DNA of 64,000 nucleotides from Octopus vulgaris (GCA_951406725.2 OX597837.1:31558001-31622000), one strand, 5' to 3'; positions 42,371 to 54,429 are shown, counted from the stretch's first letter. Notes: generated by a model from the sequence alone, not told the origin. Numbers and translations: made by a program.

Positions 42371-43329
42371 TTTCCTCCTTAACATTATCTTTTCTCTTCT
42401 CTCTACTATTATTGACTTATAATTCTGAATATTTCAAATGTAGTGGCTGCTCACACTTCAGGTAAAATCTTTCAAAATCACTCTCCTTATCTCTGTAATT
42501 TTTTGCAAGAAAAACTGGTAATTAGATTGAGAAGTTTTGAACACGAAAAGTAGAATTAAAAATTACCTAAATTTAAACTAATTTCATGATTCAATAATGA
42601 CCACAAGAATTAGTTTGTCTTTAAATTTTATTCTTTATATCAACAAAGTTACGGATTATAAATGTTTATCTGTTAATCCTGTATGATATCTTCGAAATAT
42701 TTATATGAAAAAAAATATTCCTTTATCCGTTTTACTGATTATATTGGAAATTTTCAAGGATTAGAATCTGTCATATAGGAACAAATGGATATTTCTTAAA
42801 ATGTATTTAAAGAAAGTATTAAGGTAATTAATTAACTTGTATGAAGATTTATACCTATATATTCAAAGGGATTTATTGTTCAAAGATTAACGATGACAGA
42901 TATCACTTTATGAGGAAACAAATATTGAAATAAAATTGAAATATCTTTCATTAACAAGATTAAAATCTTGATACTTGGTCAGTTGATAAAAGTTAATAAA
43001 TATCATATATAGATATTTCACCCATTCTGATTTCGAAACCTTAACATTTATTTTGAATAATTTAGAAACAAATTAACATTTCATTTAATGTGTCACATTT
43101 TGTAAAGAATTATTCCAGCTAAAAGAATTATTATTGTAAATAATTAATCAATAACATCTAATTAATGTAATTAAAATCAACTTTCGATAATGAAGGGAAA
43201 TGAAATTCAAAGCCTCCGTATAGATTATGAAAAAGACCTTGTGACATATGTTACACTCTTTTTGTGCAAGTCTTTCATTCAGAGATATTTCAATGAATAA
43301 ATTAGCCTATCGATTCAACGTTCCACTCT

Positions 43330-43337
43330 TATAAATA
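43330..43337 (+). promoter_or_regulatory. TATA box (TATAAATA) of the secreted Cys-rich gene
   Basis: TATAAATA lies 89 bp upstream of the ATG, with a TCAC/ATCAC initiator-like stretch about 30 bp downstream (~43362-43371). It is preceded by about 1 kb of microsatellite-free AT-rich sequence. Confidence 0.65.
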
Positions 43338-43418
43338 TGCCTTATTGCTGCTTGTAAAACACTCACATCACAACACAGCTGAAGAGACCGTCTCCGAGAA
43401 GATAAAAATCTATCAAGA

Positions 43419-43458
43419 ATGTTGAAGTTTATCGTACTTGTCGCCATCTGCATTGTCG
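43419..43458 (+). CDS. Exon 1 (signal peptide [14 protein letters not shown])
   Basis: ATG at 43419; donor G|GTATGT at 43459, phase 1. Confidence 0.85.
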
Positions 43459-44003
43459 GTATGTCCGCTTCTATGTCATTCTCTTAGATGATGTTGTTAT
43501 TTAAATTTGAAGAAGCCTTAAGTATCACGTATATATGTTTATTAATCCTGTTGTATTTGATTATATATGCGGTGTGTTTATATTGCTCCTGTACAGGTTT
43601 TCGTTTCGTAGATGGAATTAATGAAGCAAGCGGCATTCAGAAGACTTGAGAAGCTGATACATATATCAGTTGATCCGTCATATTCCTTCTAATGAAGCTT
43701 CGGTGCCGTCGACACAATCCCTCTTCCTTGTCTTCATTACACACATATGCAGCGAAGGTGCACGGCCTAGTGTTTAGTGTGTTGGACTCACGATAGCAAG
43801 AGTGTGGTTTCGATTTCTCCGGGCAACGTTGTGTAATTGAGCAAAACACTTCATTTCACTTTGCTCCGGTCCACTCAGCTACAAGAAAGTGGACATACCA
43901 CAGACCGGAGACCCAGATAGCTGGTGGGAACGTTGAGATCTCGATCACTTCCACAGAGTAGGCAGTTGTACAAGTTCGAAGATCTGGAAACAATATTTAA
44001 TTC

Positions 44004-44046
<43 letters not shown>

Positions 44047-44123
44047 TCTACCTTTCTATTTGAATATATATATACACACACACACACATATATATATAAA
44101 TATATGTATCTATGTAATCATTA

Positions 44124-44183
<60 letters not shown>

Positions 44184-44543
44184 CGATCGTTATATAAATA
44201 TTGTGTATATATATATATGTTTGTGTAAACATTGTATATGTAATAATACATATATATGTCAAGATAAGCAACAGGATATCAAATAGTGATGCAGTACGAA
44301 CGTATCAAGCGGTTCCATTTAATTGAACAATGCAATCATTACATCAGTTTAGTAGTTGATAGAGTGATAAATGAATTAGAAATGAATTACAATCCCTTAC
44401 AACACCGTGACCCCTATAGGTTTCAAGCGATTCTTGGAAGTGTAGCCCATTCTTAGCTACAATAGCGACAACATGAATTTCTTCTACCTTTAAATTAATA
44501 TAATGATTGCATGGTTCAATACACACACTCATATAGGTATAAA

Positions 44544-44603
<60 letters not shown>

Positions 44604-45327
44604 TACACTCATGTATATGTAGATTATACATGTATATATGTAATATAAGATATACAGACATATATACAAGTATGTAAATTATAAATATATTATACGTATA
44701 ATCACATTTTAATGCTAGCCTGCCAGTGAGTGTTAGCTTTTGTGTAGATGGGCAAGGTTTTGTGACCTATTGTCTCTTGTTCCTTCAACGATTTCTTCTT
44801 CACACTATAGCTACTGTTGAAGTAAAGGGTTATAGGTTCTAGACTACAATCTGCCACTGTTGTCTCCATGTGTTGCTGACAGCTTTCAATGAGCCTTAAC
44901 ATTTCAACATGGTGCAATTGTTAATAAACTGTACGAGGCAGATCACTTTCTGTATGTTGTACGAGTATTTAACTTGAAACACTCCTGTTTGATGTAAGTC
45001 TGCAAACGCTGTGGACTCTAATATCAAACTTTGTGCAGTGGAATTATAGCTACTTGGAGAGGAAATACACAATTAGAATTATAATAACGACAATAAATGG
45101 TGCCAATTATATACAAATATTTCAAAGTAACCTTATTTATTTTGTCCAATTATTTCTTACCTTCCAGGAGCAAATGCCGCCTGCACCATGGATGGAATTC
45201 TGGGATGTATCCCGCACGCTAAATTTACTCCTCATCCAACAAATGCGCAGATCTGCAAGTAAATGTTTTTTTCTTGTATACATTGTGTCCTTAATGCTCA
45301 TACATGCATGCTTGTATATGAATAAGT

Positions 45328-45378
<51 letters not shown>

Positions 45379-47183
45379 TGTGTGTGTCCGTCCCCGCACG
45401 CCTACGTTTATGTATTTGTTTTGCAATATTGCTAATGTGGAATCGTGTGTTGAAACCGACATTGTTACATCGTGTCTCCTCCTGTAGAAGAGAAGAACAG
45501 GGTGGGACACTTGTGATGGAGAGTCATTGATTAGGTCGCAGGATGTGTAACGAAAGATTTCCAGACATAAGTCACTAAAATAAGAACGACAATATACCTG
45601 AAGTGAAGAAAGAATACATGGAGCGTGTGTTTATTTGGCTTAAATTGACCATCCTGAAAGATAACAAGATGGAGGCCTATAGTTATACTTTGACTCGATT
45701 TTGTAACGTTGATCTAATATTTCTCCTACGTTTGCGGTTTACTTCATTCCTAAACGAGCCAAATTCAACTCATTTGTCTCATCAATATTTACTTATCAAA
45801 ATGTTCCTCCATTTACAAAGCTAATGTTGCGACTTGTAAAGGACGGGCCATGTTGTTGGAGATCATTTTGGTAAATGATAGAGAGCAAGCAGCCGAAATA
45901 TAAAAGGTCGCTGTTACACACCCTATATTGGCATCTGGGCAATTCCATCGTTTATAGACGCCCGTCGTATATATATATATATATATGTGTGTGGTGTGTG
46001 CGTGTACATATATTGGAGTATATAAGTCTGTGCACATATGTGTAAGTTCATATATTCTAATAATATTTACATGTATACATACGTATTTATACAAGGGTGG
46101 TGTATATTCATTTCTACGTGTGAGAAACAGGGTTCTGGTACGTATTGTCACATGTGTGTGTGTGCTTCAATGTGAATGAGTGTGAGTGTTTGTGTTCCTG
46201 TATGTGTGTGTGAGTATTTTACTTTATAATTACAGATGTATATTTGTATTTATATGCCCGTTTTTGAAGCTCGGCGAGTTGGCAGAAACGTTTGCACGCC
46301 GGGCGAAATGCGTAGCCGTATTTCGTCTGTCGTTAAGTTCCGAGTTCAAATTTCGCCGAGGTCAGCTTTGCCTTTCATCCTTTTGGGGTCGATAAATTAA
46401 GTACCAGTTACGCACTGGGGTCGATGTAATCGACTTAATCCCTTTGTCTATCCTTGTTTGTCCTCTCTGTGTTTAGCCTCTTGTGGGTAGTAAAAAAAAT
46501 ATATGCCCGTTTTCGTAGCAATACCATGTAATAAAAATTAATTTCTTCTCTTTTGCAGCGCTATCGGCGCAGCTGATAAATGTATCGCTGGCATCGGATG
46601 TGATATGAGCCTTGCAGATAAACTTTTTGCCAAACTTTGTGGTGAGTTTTAGGTTTATTTAATTCCATTCAAATGTTTAGATACGGAATAATTGTGTAGC
46701 TATGGAACAATTTTACATTCTTATCTCTTCCACATGTATACACAAATGTGCAGATTATACTCATAGAGATATACATATAATTGTGTGTGTGTGTGTGTGT
46801 TTGTGTGTTTGTGTGTGTGTGTGTGTGGTTTTGTGTGTATGTATGTGTATGTGTGTGTGCCGGTTAGCATTTAATGATACTGACTTGTGAGTCAGATTGT
46901 ATCATGGTTATATCGGTATAATGTCGGATAAATATAATAATAACAGAAATACTGGCAAGAATGGATAAACATCCCTTTGTGATTCATCCAAATATACAAT
47001 ATCGCTTAATGAAATGGGCCAATGATGACGCCCAAGGCTAATACGGATTAAACTATACTAATCTCAATGATACCGACTCTGATATCAAAATCATTTCATC
47101 TGTGGAAACGTACTTAGTGATGTTTGAAATATAAATTCCATACTAGCATTATTTTTATTATTACATACAACATATATGTATAC

Positions 47184-47214
<31 letters not shown>

Positions 47215-47265
47215 GCATTATTTTTATCATTACATGCAACATATATATACATATATATATGTATA

Positions 47266-47344
<79 letters not shown>

Positions 47345-47491
47345 CTGTGGAAGCATATATATGTATACATACATATATATATATATATCTATATATATAT
47401 GTATATGTATATATGTATATGTATATATGTATATGTATATATGTATATGTATATATGTATATGTATATATGTATATGTATATATATATATG

Positions 47492-47585
<94 letters not shown>

Positions 47586-47673
47586 CGTATATGTATATAT
47601 GTATATGTATATATGTATATGTATATATGTATATATATATATATATGTATATATATGTATATATATATATATG

Positions 47674-47711
<38 letters not shown>

Positions 47712-48525
47712 TGGGTGGAAGCATGGGTGTTTTGTTCAACATTCTTAAAAAACATTACCCAGGGACATTTTGTGTGGGATAGGCTCCTCAACATAGAAAC
47801 AAAATTTTGACTATGCACCACCTGCATGGTCTGCCGTTGTTTATTTTGATATAAAATCAACAAGTGACGTACACATGGTGTGTGATGCATGTGTTTGATA
47901 TACCCTTATCAGACACGGAGTCATGGTGGGTATATTGGGCTTCGTATATATGTAACCACAGTATCACTATTATGACATGCACTGCTCTCTCACTCATATA
48001 TATAGTTATGCTATATTCTGTAAATACGAAGTCGATTACAGTATAGAGCTTGGCCACCTTCAGATTTACCCTGTGCTATTCAGTAGTAGTATTATACAGA
48101 ATTCCATGTCTGGGTTTGGGCAATTTATATTATATTACATTATATATGTGTGTGTGTTTGTGTTTGTGTGTGTGTGTCTGTGTGTCTGTGTGCGTGTGCG
48201 TATATATATATGTATACACATGCTTGTGTGTATACACATGTATGTTCATGTACTGTGAACTAATTTACTTTTACTCATATTCTTCTAATGATTATTATTG
48301 ATATTGGGACTATATCCGCTTTCTTTTCTCAAGGACCTAAAACCAGTTGCGACATTAAACAAGCTGTCAAGTGCATATACTTAGCTTCACCAGCAGCCCC
48401 TGCCGGTTATCATATGCTGCAAGGGTGAGTCGTCGTCGTCATCATCATCATCGTCATCATTAGCATCATCATCATTATTATTATTATTATTATTATTGAT
48501 GATAATAATCAAAATAATAATAATA

Positions 48526-48566
<41 letters not shown>

Positions 48567-49779
48567 CAAAATAATAATAACAATTATATTGATAATAATA
48601 GTAATTTCAAAATTTTTCATAATCTTAGAAATTTTTGGGAGGGGCTAAATTCCCAAAACTACATCATAGACTCTCACACATACACCGACAACTGGTCTAG
48701 ATTCTTTCCATTAACTGATACACTCATTAATTTATTCATCCTAGAAATATAATTCTTTTCTATCAACCAATTATATATTTATTATATCAAATTTTCAAAA
48801 TCGTTTCCACTAAAACCACGATATTCATTGGCTGACATTAAGTCTTCTAAATTCATTCCATTATAGAACCGAGTGAGACATCAATTTCCCAGGATACGGG
48901 ATATCGACATTTTGAAATTTATTTGGCACTGCATTAAATTGTTCCTTTTCCAAACGTACACAGACTGGTCTGTGACATACAACTTGTTTCACCCAGACCT
49001 TTGTGTCACAGAAAATCCGAAGTCTCTATTTTTGATAACGGTGATATGATACGAGGGAAATTCGGCAGCTATTTCTAGGAGACACCTGTAGGCAACTTTA
49101 ACATTCAATCCGTCCCAATCAGATAAAATATCAAAACAATATGGTTTTAGTTTGTCCCCAAAATATAAAACTGAAAACGAAATAGCAATTTCCTTACATT
49201 TCATATATTCTCTGTTGTTCATTACTAATGATTGGAAAACAATTAATAACTAGAATTTTTCTTCTTTGATTTCATGTATTTTATTTCTTATATTTCTAGT
49301 GTTGTGCATGACTTCAAAAAGTGCATGGTCGGCGCCGGTTGCAAAAAGAGTGCAGGAAAAATCTCTAACCAAATATGTGCTGTAAGTCATATTACTTTAT
49401 TTGATATTTTCAGTTATCTTGGTTTCTTGGCGAAACAAAATATCTCTACTTCAGTTGATATTACTGTGTTCATTGTTGTTGTTGCTACTACTGCTACTAA
49501 TACTGATGTTGATGATGTTATTTGACATCAACCCAGCTGGAGCAAATATATAACATGTTGCTGGTGTTGCTATCGCTGTTGCTTCTGCTGCTATACTTGT
49601 GCTACTGGCGCCACCTATTATTTCTTTACAACACCAATAACAGCAGAAGCAGTCGACGCACCATCAACAACGTGTATAAGCATTCCTATTACAGTTAAGA
49701 TATAATAAATATATATTTATATTATGGAAGATTAACAATTAATATTTATTCGATTTTATATTTGTTTTAGACTATTTAA
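43419..49779 (+). CDS. Six-exon gene for an uncharacterised secreted 131-aa protein with two tandem Cys-rich modules: join(43419..43458,45168..45258,46559..46641,48334..48424,49300..49381,49771..49779)
   Basis: All five introns are GT..AG with pyrimidine/T-rich acceptors, and the phases (1,2,1,2,0) chain into one 396-nt frame: [131 protein letters not shown]. Hydrophobic N-terminus ends in an A-N-A signal peptidase motif. TATA box upstream, AATAAA downstream. Confidence 0.88.
45168..45258 (+). CDS. Exon 2 (91 nt; [30 protein letters not shown])
   Basis: Acceptor tttcttaccttccAG; donor AA|GTAAAT; phase 1 to 2. Confidence 0.85.
46268..46500 (+). mobile_element. SINE family B inside intron 2 of the secreted-protein gene
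   Basis: Family sequence ending about 60 bp upstream of the exon 3 acceptor. Confidence 0.8.
46559..46641 (+). CDS. Exon 3 (83 nt; [28 protein letters not shown])
   Basis: Acceptor tttcttctcttttgcAG; donor G|GTGAGT; phase 2 to 1. Confidence 0.87.
47170..47710. repeat. Long (TA)n/(TATATG)n tract in intron 3
   Basis: Direct reading. Confidence 0.95.
48334..48424 (+). CDS. Exon 4 (91 nt; [30 protein letters not shown])
   Basis: Acceptor ctttcttttctcaAG; donor GG|GTGAGT. Same length, phases and first two Cys positions as exon 2. Confidence 0.83.
49300..49381 (+). CDS. Exon 5 (82 nt; [28 protein letters not shown])
   Basis: Acceptor tttcttatatttctAG; donor GCT|GTAAGT. Aligns to exon 3 (KC-x2-G-x-GC...A-x-K...C). 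Confidence 0.87.
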
Positions 49780-49882
49780 ACGAGATGAAAGAAACACTAC
49801 TGAAACACAACTGACATACCAATTGGATCTTCAAACAACCTTTTATTATTTCCTCTTCCTTCCGAAACGTTTCTCCAATAAA
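49771..49882 (+). CDS. Exon 6: last two codons plus stop (ACT ATT TAA, 49771-49779) and 3'UTR through the polyA signal
   Basis: Acceptor tatttgttttAG, phase 0; AATAAA at 49877-49882 followed by a T-rich downstream element. Confidence 0.75.
49877..49882 (+). terminator. Polyadenylation signal AATAAA
   Basis: About 100 nt after the stop codon, followed by a ttttgtttttgttttctt U/GU-rich tract. Confidence 0.7.
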
Positions 49883-50029
49883 ACTTTGCAAAATTATTTT
49901 GTTTTTGTTTTCTTTATTTCTTGAGTGCCATCACACAGTTTTGGAATTAAGAAAGGAAAAATATTATTCAACTCATTTAAAAGATGAGTATAATTTTATG
50001 CGTACATATATATATATATATACGTTATT

Positions 50030-50230
50030 GGGCCATGGTATATGTAACACACTGTGTAATTACCAACTTTGAGAGATTAGGCTTCTCAAAATCAGAATGG
50101 AGAAAGCTAATTCGAAGTCTACAGATCCAATCCATCACTGAAACTTTAAAAATCTGTAGGACTTTCCAGAAGTTTATCGTTGAAATATATATATGAGCTT
50201 GTCTAGATTTATCCATAAGAATACATACTT
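50030..50230 (+). mobile_element. 3' tip of an RLE-type LINE; related copies at ~35230-35400 (-) and ~63270-63470 (-)
   Basis: RLGFSKSEWRKLIRSLQIQSITETLKICRTFQKF aligns with KPERRKLIPKLQSQVINGTVNICKTFQRF at 35124-35366. Confidence 0.55.
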
Positions 50231-50399
50231 AAGGCAAAACATACAGATTTGCACATGCATACATACATACATACATACATACATACATACATACATACAT
50301 ACATACATACATACATACATTGAATCTAGTTTAGAAACCGGCTCTTTCTCCATTGGCAAGAAATCTAGAAATAAAACTGAACAATCATATACATACGTA

Positions 50400-50950
50400 C
50401 AAGAGTGAAGATATTAACCACTTTATCGCCAACTGTGACAGAATGTCTTCGCGATCTTATCTCCTCGCGGGGCATGAAACAGTGGCCAGAATGGTCTGGA
50501 AGAGGATACGAAAAACAAGAGAATATCGAAAAAAGATCTGACCCTTCTTAGACTACTTTGTCAAAAGAATATTGGTAGAGCTTTTCAATTAAAACAATCA
50601 CAAGTTAAACCACAATCGGACACAAAATGTCGTGTGGGATCACAAAGAAATTATATGTTCTGTTGTGGGAATCAGCTTCCACTTGGACACGAATGTGATT
50701 AGAAAATTACAAGAGAAAGAGGATATCTTCTGGACCATTGATAAAGACATCCGTCTGTTGCAAATCCAGCTTCCGAGGTAGACTTCCCGCTTCGTTCCTA
50801 TTATTATTATTAGAACAACAGGATACGTATCATCCCGTCTGAAGCAAAGTGTAACTGAACTTCGAGAGAGAATGCAAATCGTTAATTTATATGCTACAAA
50901 TGATCAGGATATATGAGGTTATATAAATCTGCAAGACCTTCCCCGGGCTT
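50400..50950 (+). mobile_element. R4/Dong-like non-LTR retrotransposon remnant (zinc-knuckle/RLE endonuclease region); mirrored at ~62290-62870 (-)
   Basis: EDINHFIANCDRMSSRSYL..HETVA and KHNR..VVWD...CSVVGISFHLD resemble the ET..H....C....Y..RH and HNRPD..V.D....IE...P motifs of RLE elements. Confidence 0.65.
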
Positions 50951-51483
50951 AAAGGATGACTGTTCAATCAAGATAAATCCCTTCACCACCTTGCTACCAA
51001 GTCGTTGACCGGTAAAATACAGTTTAAATTAAAGAGAGAAATAGAAAATATTTGTGTGTGTGTGTTTTATATGCATGTATATATACATACATACATACAT
51101 ACATATGTATATATATATATATATATAAATATATATACATATATATACATACATATATATATATACATATATATATATGGTGGGGGTGCATGGCCTAGTC
51201 GTCAGGGAAATAGTCTCACGATCGCGAGATTGTGGTGTTTTAATCCATAGACCGGGCGGTGGGTCGTGTTCTTGAGTAAAACACTTTATCTCCGGTTGCT
51301 CTGCGATCACTTCTATACATGAAACGTGGTACACCATGCACCTGTTCAGATAACGCCGATTTGAACGGAGGGAGTGGGATAATGTGCGGCACAAGCATTT
51401 GATCACTATAAATAAATCCTTTCTCCAGGTTGTTCACCAAACGTTTAACGGTCATATGTCTTCCTTCGACGGGAAAATCCATC

Positions 51484-51519
<36 letters not shown>

Positions 51520-51523
<4 letters not shown>

Positions 51524-51826
51524 CGTGATCACGTGACCGACGAGACCATCAGATGTTGTTACACATCGCTGGTCACAATGCGTTCGCATTGTTTTTAGCC
51601 TTCGAGTGACGCCACCCCGCTGGCTAAGCGAGCAGGCCAACAGAAGAAAGAGTGGGAGAAAGAGTGGTGAAAGAGTACAGCAGGGATCACCACCCTTTGC
51701 CGGAGCCTCGTGGAGCTTTTTGATGTTTTCGCTCAATAAACACACACAACGCCCGGTCTGGGGACCGAAACCGCGATCCTGCGACCGCGAGTCCGCTGCC
51801 CTAACCACTAGGCCATTGCGCCACCA
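51520..51826 (-). mobile_element. SINE family C
   Basis: Family sequence. Confidence 0.8.
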
Positions 51827-51844
51827 CATATATACACACACACA

Positions 51845-51876
<32 letters not shown>

Positions 51877-51989
51877 CTTGTATGCATGTATACATGTTTC
51901 TATATATGTGTGTATGGAACCGTCTGTGACTATGTATGGACATAGGGTAGAATTTGTAACTGAATTCTTTTATTTAGAGAAGTCGTAGT

Positions 51990-52400
51990 TGGTGCGTTTC
52001 ATCGATGGTTCTGCATAGTCATTTGAGGCGGTGTGGGGGACATCTGGTGAGAATGAAAGATTAAAGACTTCTTAAGTAACTTTTGTATGGTGAGCCGGAA
52101 GATGTTAGGAGGCCAGCTCAGAAATCCCGTAATGAAGTCCGAGGTGTCCGTCAGAATTGCTCTGACAGAGACAGTGGGTTACAGTTGTTGATTTGGGGAA
52201 AGAGGCACAACACCGAAATAGATGGAGGAAAAGAGTGGTCAGTGGTTGTTCGAGGTTTGAAAGAGAGAATGAAGTTGGAGACGATCAAGAGAAGGTTCAG
52301 AAAGAATGACCCTTTGGAAAATGAGAGAGCGTTGCATTTTATGTGTGTGATTTGCGAGAGGAAATGCTTGAGTTATGCAAACCTGGTCAACCAATAGAGA
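51990..52400 (+). mobile_element. RTE-like LINE C-terminal remnant
   Basis: HLRRCGGHLVRMKD*RLLK*LLYGE resembles the RTE motif LRW.GH..RM...RLPK..LYGE. Confidence 0.5.
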
Positions 52401-52693
52401 AATCACGGGAATCAACCCTTTGTAAATCATGATGTGGCTGTTGTTAACAACACATGTGCAACATATGGAAAGGCGTACTTTTTAGTTTTGAGGATTGGAA
52501 GGCATGTCAAAAGAATTGGTACTGTGACACCTACTCCCTCTGCCACCAGGCACATTATGCAATAGAAGGTGCAAATCTCTGGCCCCGCTCACGAGTCATA
52601 CAAATGCCTCAAATCGCATCATCAATAACTTATTTCAATGATTCTTTCTAGCAATGTCTTTGCTCGCATACGAGGAAATAGCTGCTATATATA

Positions 52694-54325
52694 CAGTGGC
52701 GGCCTAAATGTTCAGAACGGCATTGTTTTCGTCAGAAAAGTAGATACAATTTTTTTATCAAAGTTGTTTTATATTCTATAATTTTCACAGACAATAAATA
52801 CGATATTGTTTGTTATTGCCTGAGATTTTGGTGTAATTTGAGAGGATAATACAAAAGTTATGGATGATTTAGTGATTTACTGCAAAACCCATGGCGGCCA
52901 AAATGATCAGAACGGTTGCTTTTACTCCGTGTTTTAGTATATTTAACCGGCGAACTCTAATGTTTTGAATTTGTTTACGTGACGGTTCGTTTACTAAACA
53001 TTAGTAAGAATATTTGCAGTGTACTTTGTTAATATAATGCCACTTACTCCGTTACCAATTCGTCAGCAGATTATTAAGCTTCGAAGGAAGGATAATTTAA
53101 GTATTGGATCTATTGCAAAGATTGTTAACAAGTCAAAAAGTGTTGTACACGGTATTCTTAAGGTCTACGATGATTGTAGTTCGTGCGAAGCAAGAAAGTT
53201 TACAGGTAGGCCAAGAAAAACGACCAAGAGAGAAGATCGTGCTATGGTAAAGTTGGTTAAAAAGGACAGATTTAAAACTGCTGCTGCTGTTTCTCGGAAA
53301 ATGAGCATTGTATTGAAGAAAACTTTATCTCGAAAAACTGTGTCTCTTCGTTTAGTTGAACATGACCTGCAAGCAAGAGAACCTGTAGGGAAGCCACTGA
53401 TCAGCTCCAAGAATAAAAAGTGTCGTCTTACCTTTGCAACCAAACATGTGTTGTGGTCTGAAGAAAAATGGCAAACGGTGCATTTCAGTGATGAATCTAA
53501 GTTTATGTTATTTGGCTCAGATGGGAAAAGGTACGTTCGTAGAAAAGTAGGTGAAAAATTGTCGCCTAAATGCCTTAAGACTAGTGTTAAATTCGGTGGA
53601 GGATGTGTCATGGTTTGGGGGATGATATCTGGAGATGGTGTGGGCCCTTTGGTGCGATTACATGGAAAGGTAAATGCAGGAGTTTATAAACAACTTGTAA
53701 AAGATCATGTCTTGCCTGTGCTGAAAAATTCAACTAAGCGACCACCCATATTCATGCTGGACAATGCCCCATGTCACAAGGCTAAGGTGGTCAGGAACTT
53801 CCTTAACGCTGAAAAGTTTATTGTTATGGATTGGCCTGCTCAAAGCCCAGATCTCAATCCTATTGAAAATGTATGGAATATTCTAGGTGAACGTTCGAAA
53901 GCCAGAAATCCTAAAACAACTGAGCAAATATGGAATGCCCTTCAGGAAGAATGGAATAAGACCACCCAGCAAGAAATTGAAAATTTAGTTTCCTCATGCA
54001 GTCAAAGATATCAGAGTGTGATTGAAGCTAAAGGGCTTCACACTAAATATTAAATAATTCCAGTATTCTCTGTCATTTTTGATTATTTTGTTATTTTTTT
54101 CAACCGTTCTGATCCTTTTGGCCGCCATGGGTTTTGCAGTAAATCACTAAATCATCCATAACTTTTGTATTATCCTCTCAAATTACACCAAAATCTCATA
54201 CAATAACAATTAATATTGTATTTATTGTCTGTAAAAAATTATAGAATATAAAACAACTTTGATAAAAACTTATACTTACTTTTCTGACGAAAATAATGCC
54301 GTTCTGAACATTTTGGCCGCAACTG
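52694..54325 (+). mobile_element. Full-length Tc1-family DNA transposon (1632 bp), IR/DR type
   Basis: TA on both sides (52692-93, 54326-27); CAGT...ACTG ends. ~225-bp TIRs (52694-52918 / 54101-54325), each with an outer and an inner direct repeat TGGCGGCC(T/A)AAATG(T/A)TCAGAACGG. Confidence 0.95.
53037..54053 (+). CDS. Tc1-family transposase, 338 aa, uninterrupted, DD34E
   Basis: N-terminal HTH region, GRPRK linker, FSDESKF, VKFGGG..MVWG and DNAPCH...WPAQSPDLNPIENVW motifs; 34 residues between the second D and E. Confidence 0.95.
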   Translation: MPLTPLPIRQQIIKLRRKDNLSIGSIAKIVNKSKSVVHGILKVYDDCSSCEARKFTGRPRKTTKREDRAMVKLVKKDRFKTAAAVSRKMSIVLKKTLSRKTVSLRLVEHDLQAREPVGKPLISSKNKKCRLTFATKHVLWSEEKWQTVHFSDESKFMLFGSDGKRYVRRKVGEKLSPKCLKTSVKFGGGCVMVWGMISGDGVGPLVRLHGKVNAGVYKQLVKDHVLPVLKNSTKRPPIFMLDNAPCHKAKVVRNFLNAEKFIVMDWPAQSPDLNPIENVWNILGERSKARNPKTTEQIWNALQEEWNKTTQQEIENLVSSCSQRYQSVIEAKGLHTKY

Positions 54326-54429
54326 TACATGTATACACGTATACATATTTATACATATGTATACATGTACACATGTATACATATGTATACATACATACAT
54401 GTTTATATATATATATATATATATATATT

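Larger units (their letters stand above)
49516..51486 (+). repeat. Left arm (as visible in this window) of an inverted segmental duplication
   Basis: Collinear reverse complement of 61444-64000, including the gene 3' end, R4-like remnants, microsatellites and a SINE-like element. Confidence 0.92.

Noticed and set aside
53019-53036. ORF-track GTG start for the transposase (344 aa)
   Set aside because: In a eukaryote the first ATG at 53037 (338 aa) is the more likely start.
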